From a bacterium (GTDB lineage Bacteria; UBA8248): DNA of 64,000 nt. The notes under the pieces are model-generated. The model was not told where the DNA came from. It saw nothing but the letters and a program-made list of their open reading frames with translations, and searched no databases. Location: NCBI GenBank assembly GCA_965261085.1, contig OZ253442.1, forward strand, positions 416,001 through 480,000. The letters are read 5' to 3'. Shown piece by piece: positions 35,900-48,032 of the stretch (position 1 is its first letter; every line of letters begins with the position of its first letter). The translations under genes and the position numbers were made by a program.

Positions 35900-36781
35900 C
35901 TACCATGAGGCTGTCAATCTCCTTAAATAATTGCGAAATGCGGGGCCGATATCCTCGCGATCCAGGGCGAACTCGACCGTCGCCTCCAAAAAACCCAGTT
36001 TATCGCCCGCATCATAGCGCTTGCCCTCATACTCATAGGCGTAAAGCCGGGTGTGCTCCAGCAGCCCCCGCAACCCGTCGGTGAGTTGAATCTCTCCATT
36101 CGCATCCGGCCTCACGCGCTCGAGGACCGTGAAAATCTCGGGCGGCAGAACGTAGCGGCCGATGATTGCGACATCTGAGGGCGCATCTTCCGGTTCGGGT
36201 TTTTCCACCATCCCCTTGAGCGGCGTGACGCCCGGGGCGGGCGACGGTTCGCTGGAAGGATCGATAATACCGTATTTGGAGAGGTCGTGTTTTTCGACCC
36301 GCAGTCCTGCGACCACGCCGCCGCCATACGCATCGAACACGCGCACCAACTGGCCGATGGCGGGCTCTTCGCTCCTGATGACGTCATCGGACAATATGAC
36401 GGCGAAAGGCTCATCTCCCACGGCCGGCTTCGCGCACAAGACCGCATGGCCCAAACCCAAAGGACGCTTTTGGCGGATAGACGTAATTTGCGCTTTACGG
36501 GAGATTTCCTCCACCACGGCCAATAGTCTCTCCTCACCCCTGTCACGCAAATGAGATTCCACCTCGAAGGCGACATCAAAGTGGTCCACCATCGAAACCT
36601 TCCCGCGTCCGGTGATGAATACAATCTCCTCGATGCCGGCGTCCAGCGCCTCCTGCACGCCGATCTGGATTTGCGGAGTGTCCACGATGGGAAGCATCTC
36701 TTTCGGGATCACCTTGGTGGCGGGCAAAAACCGCGTGCCGAGCCCCGCCACAGGAAAAACAGCCTTGCGAACCCGGCTCAT
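35900..36781 (-). CDS. galU: UTP--glucose-1-phosphate uridylyltransferase
   Basis: KAVFPVAGLGTRFLPATK, PKEMLP, GLGHAVL, VEKP, GEIQLTD. Confidence 0.97.
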   Translation of the reverse strand: MSRVRKAVFPVAGLGTRFLPATKVIPKEMLPIVDTPQIQIGVQEALDAGIEEIVFITGRGKVSMVDHFDVAFEVESHLRDRGEERLLAVVEEISRKAQITSIRQKRPLGLGHAVLCAKPAVGDEPFAVILSDDVIRSEEPAIGQLVRVFDAYGGGVVAGLRVEKHDLSKYGIIDPSSEPSPAPGVTPLKGMVEKPEPEDAPSDVAIIGRYVLPPEIFTVLERVRPDANGEIQLTDGLRGLLEHTRLYAYEYEGKRYDAGDKLGFLEATVEFALDREDIGPAFRNYLRRLTASW

Positions 36782-36869
36782 GAGAAAGTTTCCATGAGAA
36801 AAAAGATATGTCGGTGCGCGTGAATACGTGACATTTGTCCTAGATCATAAAAAAAGGGATAAGCAGAGG

Positions 36870-38969
<2,100 letters not shown>

Positions 38970-39974
38970 CTAGAGCGATTCGAGGCGCTTTCGGGCGGTG
39001 GCCGCCGCACTCGAATCCGGATATTTGCCAATCACGCGGCCAAGCAACTCCCGGGCGCTTGCGTGATCGCCCAAGTTGAAAAACGAGAGCGCCTCCAGAA
39101 GAAGGGCCTCCGGCGCCTTGTCCCCGTTGGCGTAATCTACCTGCACCTTGTTAAATGCCAGGATGGCGCGCTCGAAATTCTTCTCCTGAAAATAGGACTG
39201 TCCTATCCAGTACTGCGCATCATCCGCCAACTCATGCGTGGGATATTTGGAGATGAACACGTTCAGCAGATCGCGCGCCTTCGCGAAACTTCTCTCATCG
39301 CGCAAGACGCGAATGGCCTGGGTATAGTCCTCTTCGGGATCGGGTGGCCTCGGCGCAGGCTTTTGTGGTCGACTCGCCGGCTCTTTGGGAATGACGGCGA
39401 CGCGCGCGTCTACGGCGGGCTGACCCACGGCCTGAGCGTCCTGGCTCTGCGGCAAGCCCGCGGATGCAATTTGCGTGTTGGCGGAAGGAGCGCCTACAGG
39501 CGACAACCGGGACGGCGTACCCGCCAGCGTGACGACAACCTCCTCTTTTTTTTGCGCAGCTACCAAAGGAGCCTTCGAGCGCAACTGGCTCACTTCATTT
39601 TCGAGCTTTTCGATCCGCTCTTGAAGTTTCGCTATGGCCTTCCCGGCTTTCTCCAGAGAGTTCTCGGAATCTTTCCGCGCGCGTTCGACCTCATCCGTGA
39701 TTTCCTGAATCGCTTCGCGCGCCTCCTCGATACGCTGCTCCTGGTTCCGCATTCCGCGCCTGAAACCTTGCAGATTCTTTTCGATCGCCGAAACATCGAC
39801 CGATGGATTCCGCGCGGCGACCTGAGCCGGCGGCGCGGGGCGAGATGGTGAACTCGTTCCCGGAACGATTCCCGGGCCTCCCCCCGGGGTATTCGCCTCG
39901 GGACAACCGAGCAAAACAAGAGACAGCGCAATCAACGAGAATGCTTGAAGACTGGATGCCTTGAAAGTTTTCAT
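38970..39974 (-). CDS. cpoB: Tol-Pal-associated TPR protein CpoB/YbgF
   Basis: Lipobox LLGC, coiled coil, Pro-rich linker, TPRs (ADDAQYWIGQ, DKAPEALL, YPDSSAA). Follows pal. Confidence 0.88.
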   Translation of the reverse strand: MKTFKASSLQAFSLIALSLVLLGCPEANTPGGGPGIVPGTSSPSRPAPPAQVAARNPSVDVSAIEKNLQGFRRGMRNQEQRIEEAREAIQEITDEVERARKDSENSLEKAGKAIAKLQERIEKLENEVSQLRSKAPLVAAQKKEEVVVTLAGTPSRLSPVGAPSANTQIASAGLPQSQDAQAVGQPAVDARVAVIPKEPASRPQKPAPRPPDPEEDYTQAIRVLRDERSFAKARDLLNVFISKYPTHELADDAQYWIGQSYFQEKNFERAILAFNKVQVDYANGDKAPEALLLEALSFFNLGDHASARELLGRVIGKYPDSSAAATARKRLESL

Positions 39975-40012
39975 AAAGAAAAACTCCCCGGCGGCCTGTG
40001 CCGACGGGGAGT
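39975..40012 (-). terminator. Intrinsic terminator-like hairpin between pal and cpoB
   Basis: Minus strand ACTCCCCGTCGGC-ACAG-GCCGCCGGGGAGT followed by TTTTCTTT. Confidence 0.75.
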
Positions 40013-40054
40013 CCTTTTCCTTAAAACACCCTTTTGCGCAGGACTGTCGGGCGA

Positions 40055-40636
40055 CTAGTTCATGCCCGCCGGAATACCGCCGATGACGTTGAACTTCGCT
40101 CGCCGATTCTTGGCCCATCCCGCTTCGTTGGAACGCGAGTCGGCCGGACGCTCCTCGCCATAGCTCACCGTATCGACCCGGGAAGGCTTGACGCCGAGCG
40201 ATACGAGATAATCGCTGGAACTTTGTGAACGCCTGTGCCCGAGCGCGATGTTGTATTCCACCGTGCCGCGCTCGTCGCAATGCCCCTCGACCTGCAGCCG
40301 AATGCTCGGGAACTCTTGCAGGAAGCGGGCCTTGGCGTCCAGGATCGCGCGCATGTCGGGGCGGATATCCGATTTGTCAAAATCGAAGTACACCAAGTCG
40401 TTTTCAAACTCGGCCAACGAGCGCTTGAAGGCGGCGCGCTTTTGACGGCGATCCGACTCCGTCATGCTCATTTCCTTTTTCATCTCGGGTTTAGGAGGTT
40501 GCTTTTTTCTCACCATGGGAGCCGGCGGTTTGGGCGGCGGCAGTTCTTCGGTTTCCACCGTCTGTTTCACGCAACCCACGGCGAATACGAGCATCGTAGC
40601 TATCAATAAAGATTTAACACGACCCGATAACAACAT
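40055..40636 (-). CDS. pal: Peptidoglycan-associated lipoprotein Pal
   Basis: Lipobox AVGC; VYFDFDKS, EGHCDERGTVEYNIALG.RR, SYGEERP, KNRRA. Confidence 0.97.
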   Translation of the reverse strand: MLLSGRVKSLLIATMLVFAVGCVKQTVETEELPPPKPPAPMVRKKQPPKPEMKKEMSMTESDRRQKRAAFKRSLAEFENDLVYFDFDKSDIRPDMRAILDAKARFLQEFPSIRLQVEGHCDERGTVEYNIALGHRRSQSSSDYLVSLGVKPSRVDTVSYGEERPADSRSNEAGWAKNRRAKFNVIGGIPAGMN

Positions 40637-40824
40637 ACAGACATCCCCCTCGGAGTCTCTAGTTCATATATGTTCAGAGTGAGAAGCGTGATACATCACG
40701 GAGCGGAAACTCTTCCCCTCTTCATCCATCCACAGACATACGCAAGCGAAGTATAAAGGGCGAATGCGCGATGAGCAAGCCCAATTCTCATTTTTTCGAG
40801 AGATATCTCCTGATTTTTAAAATT

Positions 40825-42129
40825 TTACCTCGACATGGGCGACCAGGCGGGTTCCTGGCCGAGTTGAAGCCGCTTGAGTTGCGTGCCGGCGGAGGTCATC
40901 ACATATACATATTTTCTGCCGCTCCGATCGGAGGAGAAGGCGATGTGCCGGCCATCGGGAGACCAGGTGGGGGATTCATTGCGGCCCTGGCTGCCCGTGA
41001 GGCGGCGCAAGTCGGCGCCATCAACGTTCATCGTGGCGATGTCTATTTCCTTTCCCTGTTTGATGCGACTCGTCAGGGCGATTCTGTCCCCCCGGGGGCT
41101 CCATTCGGGTTCGGTATTGTATTTTCCCTTGAACGTGATGCGCCTCGGGCTGGAGCCGTCCACATTCATGACGTAAATGTGGGGATTTCCCAAACGACTC
41201 GACGTAAAGGCGATTTTTTTACCATTCGGCGAAAACGTGGGAGATACGTCGATGCCGAAGCTCCGGGTGAGCCTTCTCTTCACGCGGGTACGCAAATCGT
41301 AGCGGAAAATCTCATAGTTTCGCCTCACGAGCTCGGCAAACGCGAAGTAGCGCGAATTCGAAGAAAAAGCGCCTCCGATGGCTTGCGCGAGAGAAGAACT
41401 CACCTTGAACTCGCGCGCCCCGTTCGTGGGCAGCAGAAACACGCCGGGCGGCATGGATTTGAACGAAGAATACGCCATCCATCTTCCGTCGGGAGACCAC
41501 GCGGGCGCGTTGTTGCCCATTCCGTTACGCGTCACCCGCCTGAGTTCGGAGCCGTCCCAGTCCATGATGTAGATCTCTCCGCGTTCCTTGAGCGAACGCC
41601 TCGAGACGAATGCTATCTGGGTGTCGAACACTCCCTTCTCGCCCGTGTAACGCTCGAGCACCGCGTTGGCGAATCGGTGGGCCAGCAAACGCCAGCCGCT
41701 CCTGGGGTAGCGATACCGCTTACCCAACTCCTGGGCGAAGCTTTTCGTATCGTAGAGGTAGACTTCCGCGGTGATGGTATTTCCAGAAATGGTGTAGCCG
41801 CCCTTGATGAGGGCATCCACCTTGACCACCTTGCTCCAGTCGGAGAAGCGCTGCTCGTCCTTGCGAATCCCCGCGCGCAGGGGATTCTCCAGATAGCCCT
41901 TGCGATTAGGGATGAAAAACAAGCCGCTGCGCTTGAGGTCTGATTCGATGACTTGCGCCATCTTGAGGCCCAGTGGGTCGCGCCGGTCGTCGAGGGCGCG
42001 AAACTCGGGAATCGCCAGTCGTATCTTTCTGGCTGTGGGGGAATAGATATCGATGAACACGCGAGCGGCGTCAGCAGCTTGCGGCCATGAGAAAATCATG
42101 ATGATGAGAAAAATCGCCCGACGAAGCAT
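40825..42129 (-). CDS. tolB: Tol-Pal beta-propeller protein TolB
   Basis: Signal peptide, AHRFAN, TQIAFVS, repeated PAWSPDG/PTFSPNG blades. Confidence 0.95.
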   Translation of the reverse strand: MLRRAIFLIIMIFSWPQAADAARVFIDIYSPTARKIRLAIPEFRALDDRRDPLGLKMAQVIESDLKRSGLFFIPNRKGYLENPLRAGIRKDEQRFSDWSKVVKVDALIKGGYTISGNTITAEVYLYDTKSFAQELGKRYRYPRSGWRLLAHRFANAVLERYTGEKGVFDTQIAFVSRRSLKERGEIYIMDWDGSELRRVTRNGMGNNAPAWSPDGRWMAYSSFKSMPPGVFLLPTNGAREFKVSSSLAQAIGGAFSSNSRYFAFAELVRRNYEIFRYDLRTRVKRRLTRSFGIDVSPTFSPNGKKIAFTSSRLGNPHIYVMNVDGSSPRRITFKGKYNTEPEWSPRGDRIALTSRIKQGKEIDIATMNVDGADLRRLTGSQGRNESPTWSPDGRHIAFSSDRSGRKYVYVMTSAGTQLKRLQLGQEPAWSPMSR

Positions 42130-42173
42130 CCGGCCCTCCCGCAGGTGTGGTCTGGTTTGAATTTTTTCTCGCA

Positions 42174-43223
42174 TCAACGGCAAAAATCCCTGCCGCAGAA
42201 TCGAAAACCGAGGAAAAGCCAGTTTTCCTTTATCGTATCAGGCGGCTTGGGCAGGGAGGGTTTGGCGGCCCGCTCCACGGCGCGCAGCGCCGCCTGATCG
42301 TAAATATTGTTCCCGCTGTAGCGCACGATCCGCAGATTGCGATAATTTCCTTCCCTATCCACATCTATCGTGACGTCGGTCTTGAGTCGGCTCAGCTCAG
42401 CGATGCCTGGGGGCACCGTCCATAAACCCCGAATTCGCTCCGCCAGAAGTCCATAATATCTCTCCTTGTCCGTTCGCGCGACGCCGCCGCTGCCGCCCGC
42501 GCGGCTGCCGCCGCCCTGGCCGTCGCCTCCCCCCTCGCCGGCGTATCCCTTCAAAGGCCCCCGGTTCCTGGGCGCGAGGTCCGCTTTTGCGAGGCGATCG
42601 TCACTCATCCTGTTATCGCGAGGGCGTTTTTTCGTTTTAGCCGGTGTTTTTTTTTCGTTTTTCTTGAAACGATTGCGCCAACGCCTGGCGCGCTCTCTAC
42701 GCTCGTGTATCCGCCTGAGGCGCGCTTCGCGCACAGGATCGTGCTTTTTTTTCCGCACGACCTTTTGGGGATTCTTTTTCGGGATGCGTCGAACTTCTTT
42801 ACGGGGGGTTTTCTTCTTGACGACCTTTTTTTTCTTCTTCTTGGCGGGCGCGGTTTTTTTCTCGGGCGCCGCTATCTTCCTCGTCCCCTCGTCCGGCCCT
42901 TTTCGAGGAACGGGCGCTTCCACGTCCTCGGGTCGATCGCCGGATTTTCCCCGCGCAGAACCTCCCGGAATTTCATCCACTCCCACCAGGCTGACGGCCG
43001 TTCCGCTTCCGAAAAACCGGTATTTCGGCTGAGAGGGCGCCAGGCTCACCCAGATGAAGAGAGCGGCGTGCAAAACAACGGAAGCCGCCAGCGCCCGGAG
43101 AAACCGGTGATCGCGGAGCAACCCGCCCCTCTCGCCGTTCGCCACCCGAAGGCTCCCGCCCGAGCGGGGTGAATGCGCGCCTGGAGGATTGGAATTTTGC
43201 GAGAACTCCGGTTTTTTATTCAT
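42174..43223 (-). CDS. tolA: TolA/TonB-like energy transducer
   Basis: TM with S..LH motif (ASVVLHA), long Lys/Arg-rich linker, C-terminal SGN..YD.AALRAV domain. Lies between tolR and tolB. Confidence 0.85.
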   Translation of the reverse strand: MNKKPEFSQNSNPPGAHSPRSGGSLRVANGERGGLLRDHRFLRALAASVVLHAALFIWVSLAPSQPKYRFFGSGTAVSLVGVDEIPGGSARGKSGDRPEDVEAPVPRKGPDEGTRKIAAPEKKTAPAKKKKKKVVKKKTPRKEVRRIPKKNPQKVVRKKKHDPVREARLRRIHERRERARRWRNRFKKNEKKTPAKTKKRPRDNRMSDDRLAKADLAPRNRGPLKGYAGEGGGDGQGGGSRAGGSGGVARTDKERYYGLLAERIRGLWTVPPGIAELSRLKTDVTIDVDREGNYRNLRIVRYSGNNIYDQAALRAVERAAKPSLPKPPDTIKENWLFLGFRFCGRDFCR

Positions 43224-43238
43224 GGGGCCACTGGCTTC

Positions 43239-43679
43239 TCAGCGTCGGCGCCGCCCGCCCCGAGAAGATTCCAGGGGGTCGGTCACCATGTTGAGGTGGT
43301 TGATGCCCGCCGCGCGAATGATGGCCATGACCTTCACCACTTCGCCATAAGGAACCACGCGGTCCGCCCGGAGAAAGATTTCCTTGCGCCTCCTGTCCTT
43401 GAATAGCGCCGTGAGCTTCTCCTTCAACTCGGAGGCGACCAGCGGATTATCATTTATATACATGTCGTGTTTTTTGTCCAACGTGATGACGACGGCATCC
43501 TCGGCCACGTTCGCCTTCGCCGCCCGCACCTGCGGTAAATCCACGTTCACGGCCTGGTTCTGCGTCTCGAGCAGGGGGGCCGTAACCATGAAAATCACCA
43601 ACAACACCAGCATCACGTCCACGAGCGGCGTAACGTTGATGTCCGAGATGCTCGAACCTCGGTTCAGCTTAACGGCCAC
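43239..43679 (-). CDS. tolR: TolR
   Basis: INVTPLVDVMLVLLVIFMVTAP, LRAD..VPYG.V. Confidence 0.95.
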   Translation of the reverse strand: MAVKLNRGSSISDINVTPLVDVMLVLLVIFMVTAPLLETQNQAVNVDLPQVRAAKANVAEDAVVITLDKKHDMYINDNPLVASELKEKLTALFKDRRRKEIFLRADRVVPYGEVVKVMAIIRAAGINHLNMVTDPLESSRGGRRRR

Positions 43680-43694
43680 GGGAGGCTCCGCTCG

Positions 43695-44456
43695 TCATAA
43701 ACGCATGAAATGGCGGTCAACCAGGTTGAGGAAATCCGCCGTGAAGTTTTCGATTTCATCTGCAATCACTTTCACGCGGCCCTGGTAGTGATTATAGGCG
43801 ATCACGGCGGGGATGGCAGCCAGCAGCCCGAGCGCCGTGGCGATGAGCGCCTCGCTGATGCCCGGCGCGACGACGGCGAGCCCGGCGGAGCCTTTCGCGC
43901 CAATCTCGCGAAACGAATTCATAATGCCCCACACCGTGCCGAAGAGCCCGATGAACGGCGTGGTGCTCGCCGTGGTGGCCAGAAAGGTCAGCATCCGCTC
44001 CAGCCTGCCCACCTGTTCGTTCGCGGCGCGCCTCAGCGCGCGTTCGACGCTCTCCACCCCCGTCATTTCCGAGGTGAGAACGCTCGAATCCTCATCTCCT
44101 TCCCGAGAGCGCGTTTTCAGCACCTGCTCGGCTTCCTGATAGCCCGCGGCGAACACCTCGCCCACCGGACTGCTCTCGTGCTCGTCGAGTTCCGCGTACA
44201 GCCTGTCGAGGCGCTTGGAGCGCCAAAACGCATCGACGAATTTCGCCGAGCGCCGCCTCGCTCCCCGAAGCTCCCAAAACTTCCAGATGATGACGGCCCA
44301 GGAAGAGAGCGAGAAAAAAATGAGCACGAGCAAAACGAAAAACACCATGCCGCCCGATTGGGTGGCGAGGGCGATGACGTCCATTTCTTCTTGAAGCGGT
44401 GCGAGTGGCGCGGAATCACCCGCCGGCAAGGCGACCGCGGCCAAAAACGGGAGCAA
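43695..44456 (-). CDS. tolQ: TolQ
   Basis: PFIGLFGTVWGIM, VAPGISEALIATA.GL.AAIPAVIAYN. Confidence 0.95.
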   Translation of the reverse strand: MLPFLAAVALPAGDSAPLAPLQEEMDVIALATQSGGMVFFVLLVLIFFSLSSWAVIIWKFWELRGARRRSAKFVDAFWRSKRLDRLYAELDEHESSPVGEVFAAGYQEAEQVLKTRSREGDEDSSVLTSEMTGVESVERALRRAANEQVGRLERMLTFLATTASTTPFIGLFGTVWGIMNSFREIGAKGSAGLAVVAPGISEALIATALGLLAAIPAVIAYNHYQGRVKVIADEIENFTADFLNLVDRHFMRL

Positions 44457-44602
44457 GGCGATTCTCCTCCTGGGCGGAGCAGGCAGTATCGCCCTTTTTA
44501 CCGGTCGCCGTCAAACCAAACGGGCCGATGCAAATCGTTGACATCTCCTCCAAAGCCTGGTGATAATGAGCCTCCCGCCCGCCCCTGGAGGCGTCGCCCG
44601 CA

Positions 44603-45808
44603 GTGGATATACACGAGGCAAAGACCGCCATATCGAAGTTCATCGACGATGAGGCGGACGCGTTGTGGGCGCTCTCTCTCGCGATTCACTCCGACCCGGA
44701 GCCCAGCCTCGAAGAGCACCGTGCGGCGGATCGCCTGTGCGCCTACCTGGAAAGCAACGAATTCTCCCTCACCCGGGGCATGGCGAACCTGCCCACCGCA
44801 TTCCGCGCGGACAGGCCCACCGTGGATGAGAAAAAACCATCCGTATCGTTTCTCTCGGAATACGACGCGCTGCCCGACCTCGGGCACGCCTGCGCCCACA
44901 ACATCATCGGGGTCGCCAGCGCGGCCGCCGGCGTTGCGCTCAAAAAAACGCTCGGCCCCGAATACGGGGGCGTCACCGTTTTCGGCACGCCCGGAGAAGA
45001 AGGCGGAGGCGGCAAGGTCCTGATGGCGCAAACCGGCATGTTTCGAGAAGTGGACGCCGCCATGATGATGCACCCATCGGACGAAACCAGGGTGGACGTC
45101 GATTTTCTCGCGCTCTCAGAGCTTCGCTTTCACTTCAGGGGACGCGCGGCCCACGCCTCCGCAGCGCCCGAGCAAGGGGTCAATGCGCTCGACGCCCTCA
45201 TCGCCACGTTCAACGCCGTCTCCCTGCTTCGCCAGCAACTCCCCCGGGCAGATCGCGTACACGGCGTGATCACCGAGGGCGGGGAGGCGCCCAACATTAT
45301 CCCCGATAAAGCCTCCGCATGGTTTTTCGTGAGGAGTGAAACGATGGAGGGACTCGACGCGTTGCTCTCACGGGTCATCGCCTGCGCGGAAGGCGCGGCC
45401 CTGGCCACAGGCGCGGAACTCGAGACGGAGAAAAACCCCATTACCTACGCTCCCATGCGGGTCAACCTTCCTCTCGCGTCGTTGTTCCTGAAAAACCTGA
45501 ACCGGCTCGGCGTTCACGAACCCGACTCGCCGCCGCCCCTGCGGATGGGATCCTCCGACGCGGGAAACGTCAGCCAGCAAACGCCCACCATTCATCCGCA
45601 AATCCAGATGGTTCCTCAGGGTGTTTCCGCCCACACGCCGGAGTTCGCCGAGGCATCGGCGGGAGCGGAGGGCAGGCGCGTCCTGCTCACCGGCGCCAAG
45701 GCGCTGGCGATGACGGGCGCCGATTTTCTTCTGGATGAAGGAGCGCGCCAGGCCGTTCAGGATGAATTTGCGTGTCGGGGAGATGAAAAACACGGAGCGG
45801 AAAACTGA
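44603..45808 (+). CDS. M20D amidohydrolase (AbgB/ACY1L2-like)
   Basis: EYDALP..GHACAHN, GTPGEEGGGGK, MMHP, GSSDAGNVS, HTPEF. Confidence 0.9.
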   Translation: MDIHEAKTAISKFIDDEADALWALSLAIHSDPEPSLEEHRAADRLCAYLESNEFSLTRGMANLPTAFRADRPTVDEKKPSVSFLSEYDALPDLGHACAHNIIGVASAAAGVALKKTLGPEYGGVTVFGTPGEEGGGGKVLMAQTGMFREVDAAMMMHPSDETRVDVDFLALSELRFHFRGRAAHASAAPEQGVNALDALIATFNAVSLLRQQLPRADRVHGVITEGGEAPNIIPDKASAWFFVRSETMEGLDALLSRVIACAEGAALATGAELETEKNPITYAPMRVNLPLASLFLKNLNRLGVHEPDSPPPLRMGSSDAGNVSQQTPTIHPQIQMVPQGVSAHTPEFAEASAGAEGRRVLLTGAKALAMTGADFLLDEGARQAVQDEFACRGDEKHGAEN

Positions 45809-45809
45809 C

Positions 45810-48032
45810 ATGAAGCCACAATCCTGCATCATCGCTATACTCGGCATGTTTCTGCTTCCCGCGCTCGCATGGCCCGCGCCGAAAGCGCCTCCCGCGCGCG
45901 CGTCGAAACCGCCGCTTCCCAGCCAGGCCGCACGTCCTGCCCTGCCCGCAGGGCTCGAAAAACTCCTGGCGAAGGAGCGATACGACGAACTCATCCGGAC
46001 GCTGCGCCGGGAAAAAACGGCCCTGGGCGGCAGGCGCTCTTTTCTGCTGGGACATGCCCACTTGAAGCTCAAGCAATATCGCCCGGCCATCAAGTCGTTC
46101 CAAAAAGCGCTCGAGCAGATTCCCGCGCTCGAGAACTACTCGCTTCTGTTTCTGGCGAAAGCCGCGCTCGGAGCCAAGGATGACGACATCGCCCGGCGCG
46201 CGCTCGAGAGACTGGTCAAAAAAGGAAAAAAAACTCCCGAGCCTCCCTTCGTCTACGAAGAACTGATACGCATACACCGGGCGGAAAAGCGGCCCCTGCG
46301 CGCGGCGGAGGTCGCAAAGCGCTATCTCCTCCTGTTCCCGAAAAGCTTCGAGGCGCCCGACTTTCTGCTCAGGCGCGCCAAGGCGCTCCGCGCCGCGCGG
46401 CGAAACCGCCAGGCCGCGCTCGCCTTTCGGGGGTTGTGGCGGCGACACCCCGAGCACCCCGGCGCGCGCCGGGCGCTACGACGCTCGCTGAGAATCGGCG
46501 CCGCCCTCTCTCCACCGCTCAAAAAACCGGGACCAAAGGCCCACTACGAACGCGCCCGCCTCCTGCGAAAAAGGTATCATTTCGAAAAGGCGTTGAGAGG
46601 GTTTCGGGACTTGAAGCGCCTGTTTCCCAAGGCCCCCTACCACAAAGGCATCACTTTCAACGAAGCGCTCGCGCTCTTTTCCCTGCGCAAAACGAAAGAG
46701 GCGGACCCCGCCCTCAGACACGCCATCAAACACTACGCCCCCGGTGACCCCCGGCGCGCGGAGGCGCGGTATTATCTGGGCAGAAATCACCTGCGCAAAA
46801 AAAACCAACCCGCCTACGAAAAACAGGCGCATCGCTTGCTCAAGGAGACACGAAAAGGAAAATGGGCGGCGAAGACGCGCTTCCTCCTCGCCCGCGTATA
46901 CGAGGACGACCGCGCTTACAAAAAATCCGCGCGCTATTACAATGAGGTAATCTCCAAGCACCCGCGCTCCCCTCTCGCGCCCAAGGCGCTGTTCCAACTC
47001 GCATGGCTTCGCTTTCAGTCCAAAGACTTCCGCCGGGCGCACCAGGGATTCTCCAGGATGAAAACCACCTACCCCGATCACTGGCTGGTCTCATCCGCCA
47101 CCTACTGGGCCGCCGTCTCGGCGGAAAGAAGGGGTGAGCGAAAGAGCGCCCTCGTCCAGTACCGCGCTTGCGCCCGGGGGCATCGCCACCGCTATTACGG
47201 ACAACTCGCCCTGCGCGCGCTCGACCGTCTCGCGCGCGGGGGAGATTCGAGCGCACCGAAACCGCCCCCCCTGAGTGAAGCCGGCTACCGCGAGTGGCTG
47301 CAGCCTCCCGCGAGGAGCGCTCGGGTTCGAGAAGTAGCCGCGCTGCTCTCTTCCATGGGTTTTCATGAACTCGCCGCCAAGGAGTACCGCCGCCTCGGCC
47401 CATCGCCATATTCGCGCTACCACGCGGCGCGCGCCTTCACGGCGGCAGGCCAGAGCCACCGCGCCATTTACCTGATCAACGAATCCTTCTGGGATGCGGT
47501 GCGCGCGGGCGGAAGCGACCTGCCGAGGGAGTTTTGGGAAATCGTCTATCCTCTCGTCGTCAAACGCAAAGAGCCCGGAGGGGCGAACCCCTATCTGGTG
47601 AATGCCGTTATCCGGGCGGAGAGCGCCTTCGACCCACGCGCATTCTCGCCCGCCGGCGCCCGGGGGCTGATGCAGCTCATGCCAGCGACCGGACGCAGGC
47701 TCGCGAGGAAGCACAAAGTCCGCATCAAGTCCGTGGACGACCTGTTCGACCCGAAGATCAACACCCGCCTGGGCGCAAGGCACCTGGGCGCGCTCATTCG
47801 CGAGTTCGGCGGCGCGCTCGTTCCCGCGATAGCGAGCTACAACGCGGGCCGCAAGCCCGTCAAAAAGTGGTGGAAAGCCGGACGCAACAAGCCGGTGGAA
47901 ATCTTCATCGAGGAAATTCCCTACCAGGAAACGAAAAATTACGTCAAAAGAATTTTGGGCTACTACCACGAATATAAAAGAATCTACGGGAAGGCGAACC
48001 GCTCGAAACGGGGGAGAATGCCTCCCTCATGA
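45810..48032 (+). CDS. slt: Soluble lytic murein transglycosylase with TPR superhelix
   Basis: Signal peptide, TPR-like repeats, C-terminal IRAESAF, SPAGARGLMQLMP, ASYNAG, IPYQETKNYV. Confidence 0.9.
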   Translation: MKPQSCIIAILGMFLLPALAWPAPKAPPARASKPPLPSQAARPALPAGLEKLLAKERYDELIRTLRREKTALGGRRSFLLGHAHLKLKQYRPAIKSFQKALEQIPALENYSLLFLAKAALGAKDDDIARRALERLVKKGKKTPEPPFVYEELIRIHRAEKRPLRAAEVAKRYLLLFPKSFEAPDFLLRRAKALRAARRNRQAALAFRGLWRRHPEHPGARRALRRSLRIGAALSPPLKKPGPKAHYERARLLRKRYHFEKALRGFRDLKRLFPKAPYHKGITFNEALALFSLRKTKEADPALRHAIKHYAPGDPRRAEARYYLGRNHLRKKNQPAYEKQAHRLLKETRKGKWAAKTRFLLARVYEDDRAYKKSARYYNEVISKHPRSPLAPKALFQLAWLRFQSKDFRRAHQGFSRMKTTYPDHWLVSSATYWAAVSAERRGERKSALVQYRACARGHRHRYYGQLALRALDRLARGGDSSAPKPPPLSEAGYREWLQPPARSARVREVAALLSSMGFHELAAKEYRRLGPSPYSRYHAARAFTAAGQSHRAIYLINESFWDAVRAGGSDLPREFWEIVYPLVVKRKEPGGANPYLVNAVIRAESAFDPRAFSPAGARGLMQLMPATGRRLARKHKVRIKSVDDLFDPKINTRLGARHLGALIREFGGALVPAIASYNAGRKPVKKWWKAGRNKPVEIFIEEIPYQETKNYVKRILGYYHEYKRIYGKANRSKRGRMPPS

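Noticed and set aside
43710-45023. 437-aa plus-strand ORF
   Set aside because: Antisense to tolQ and out of frame over the M20 gene; no protein-like features.
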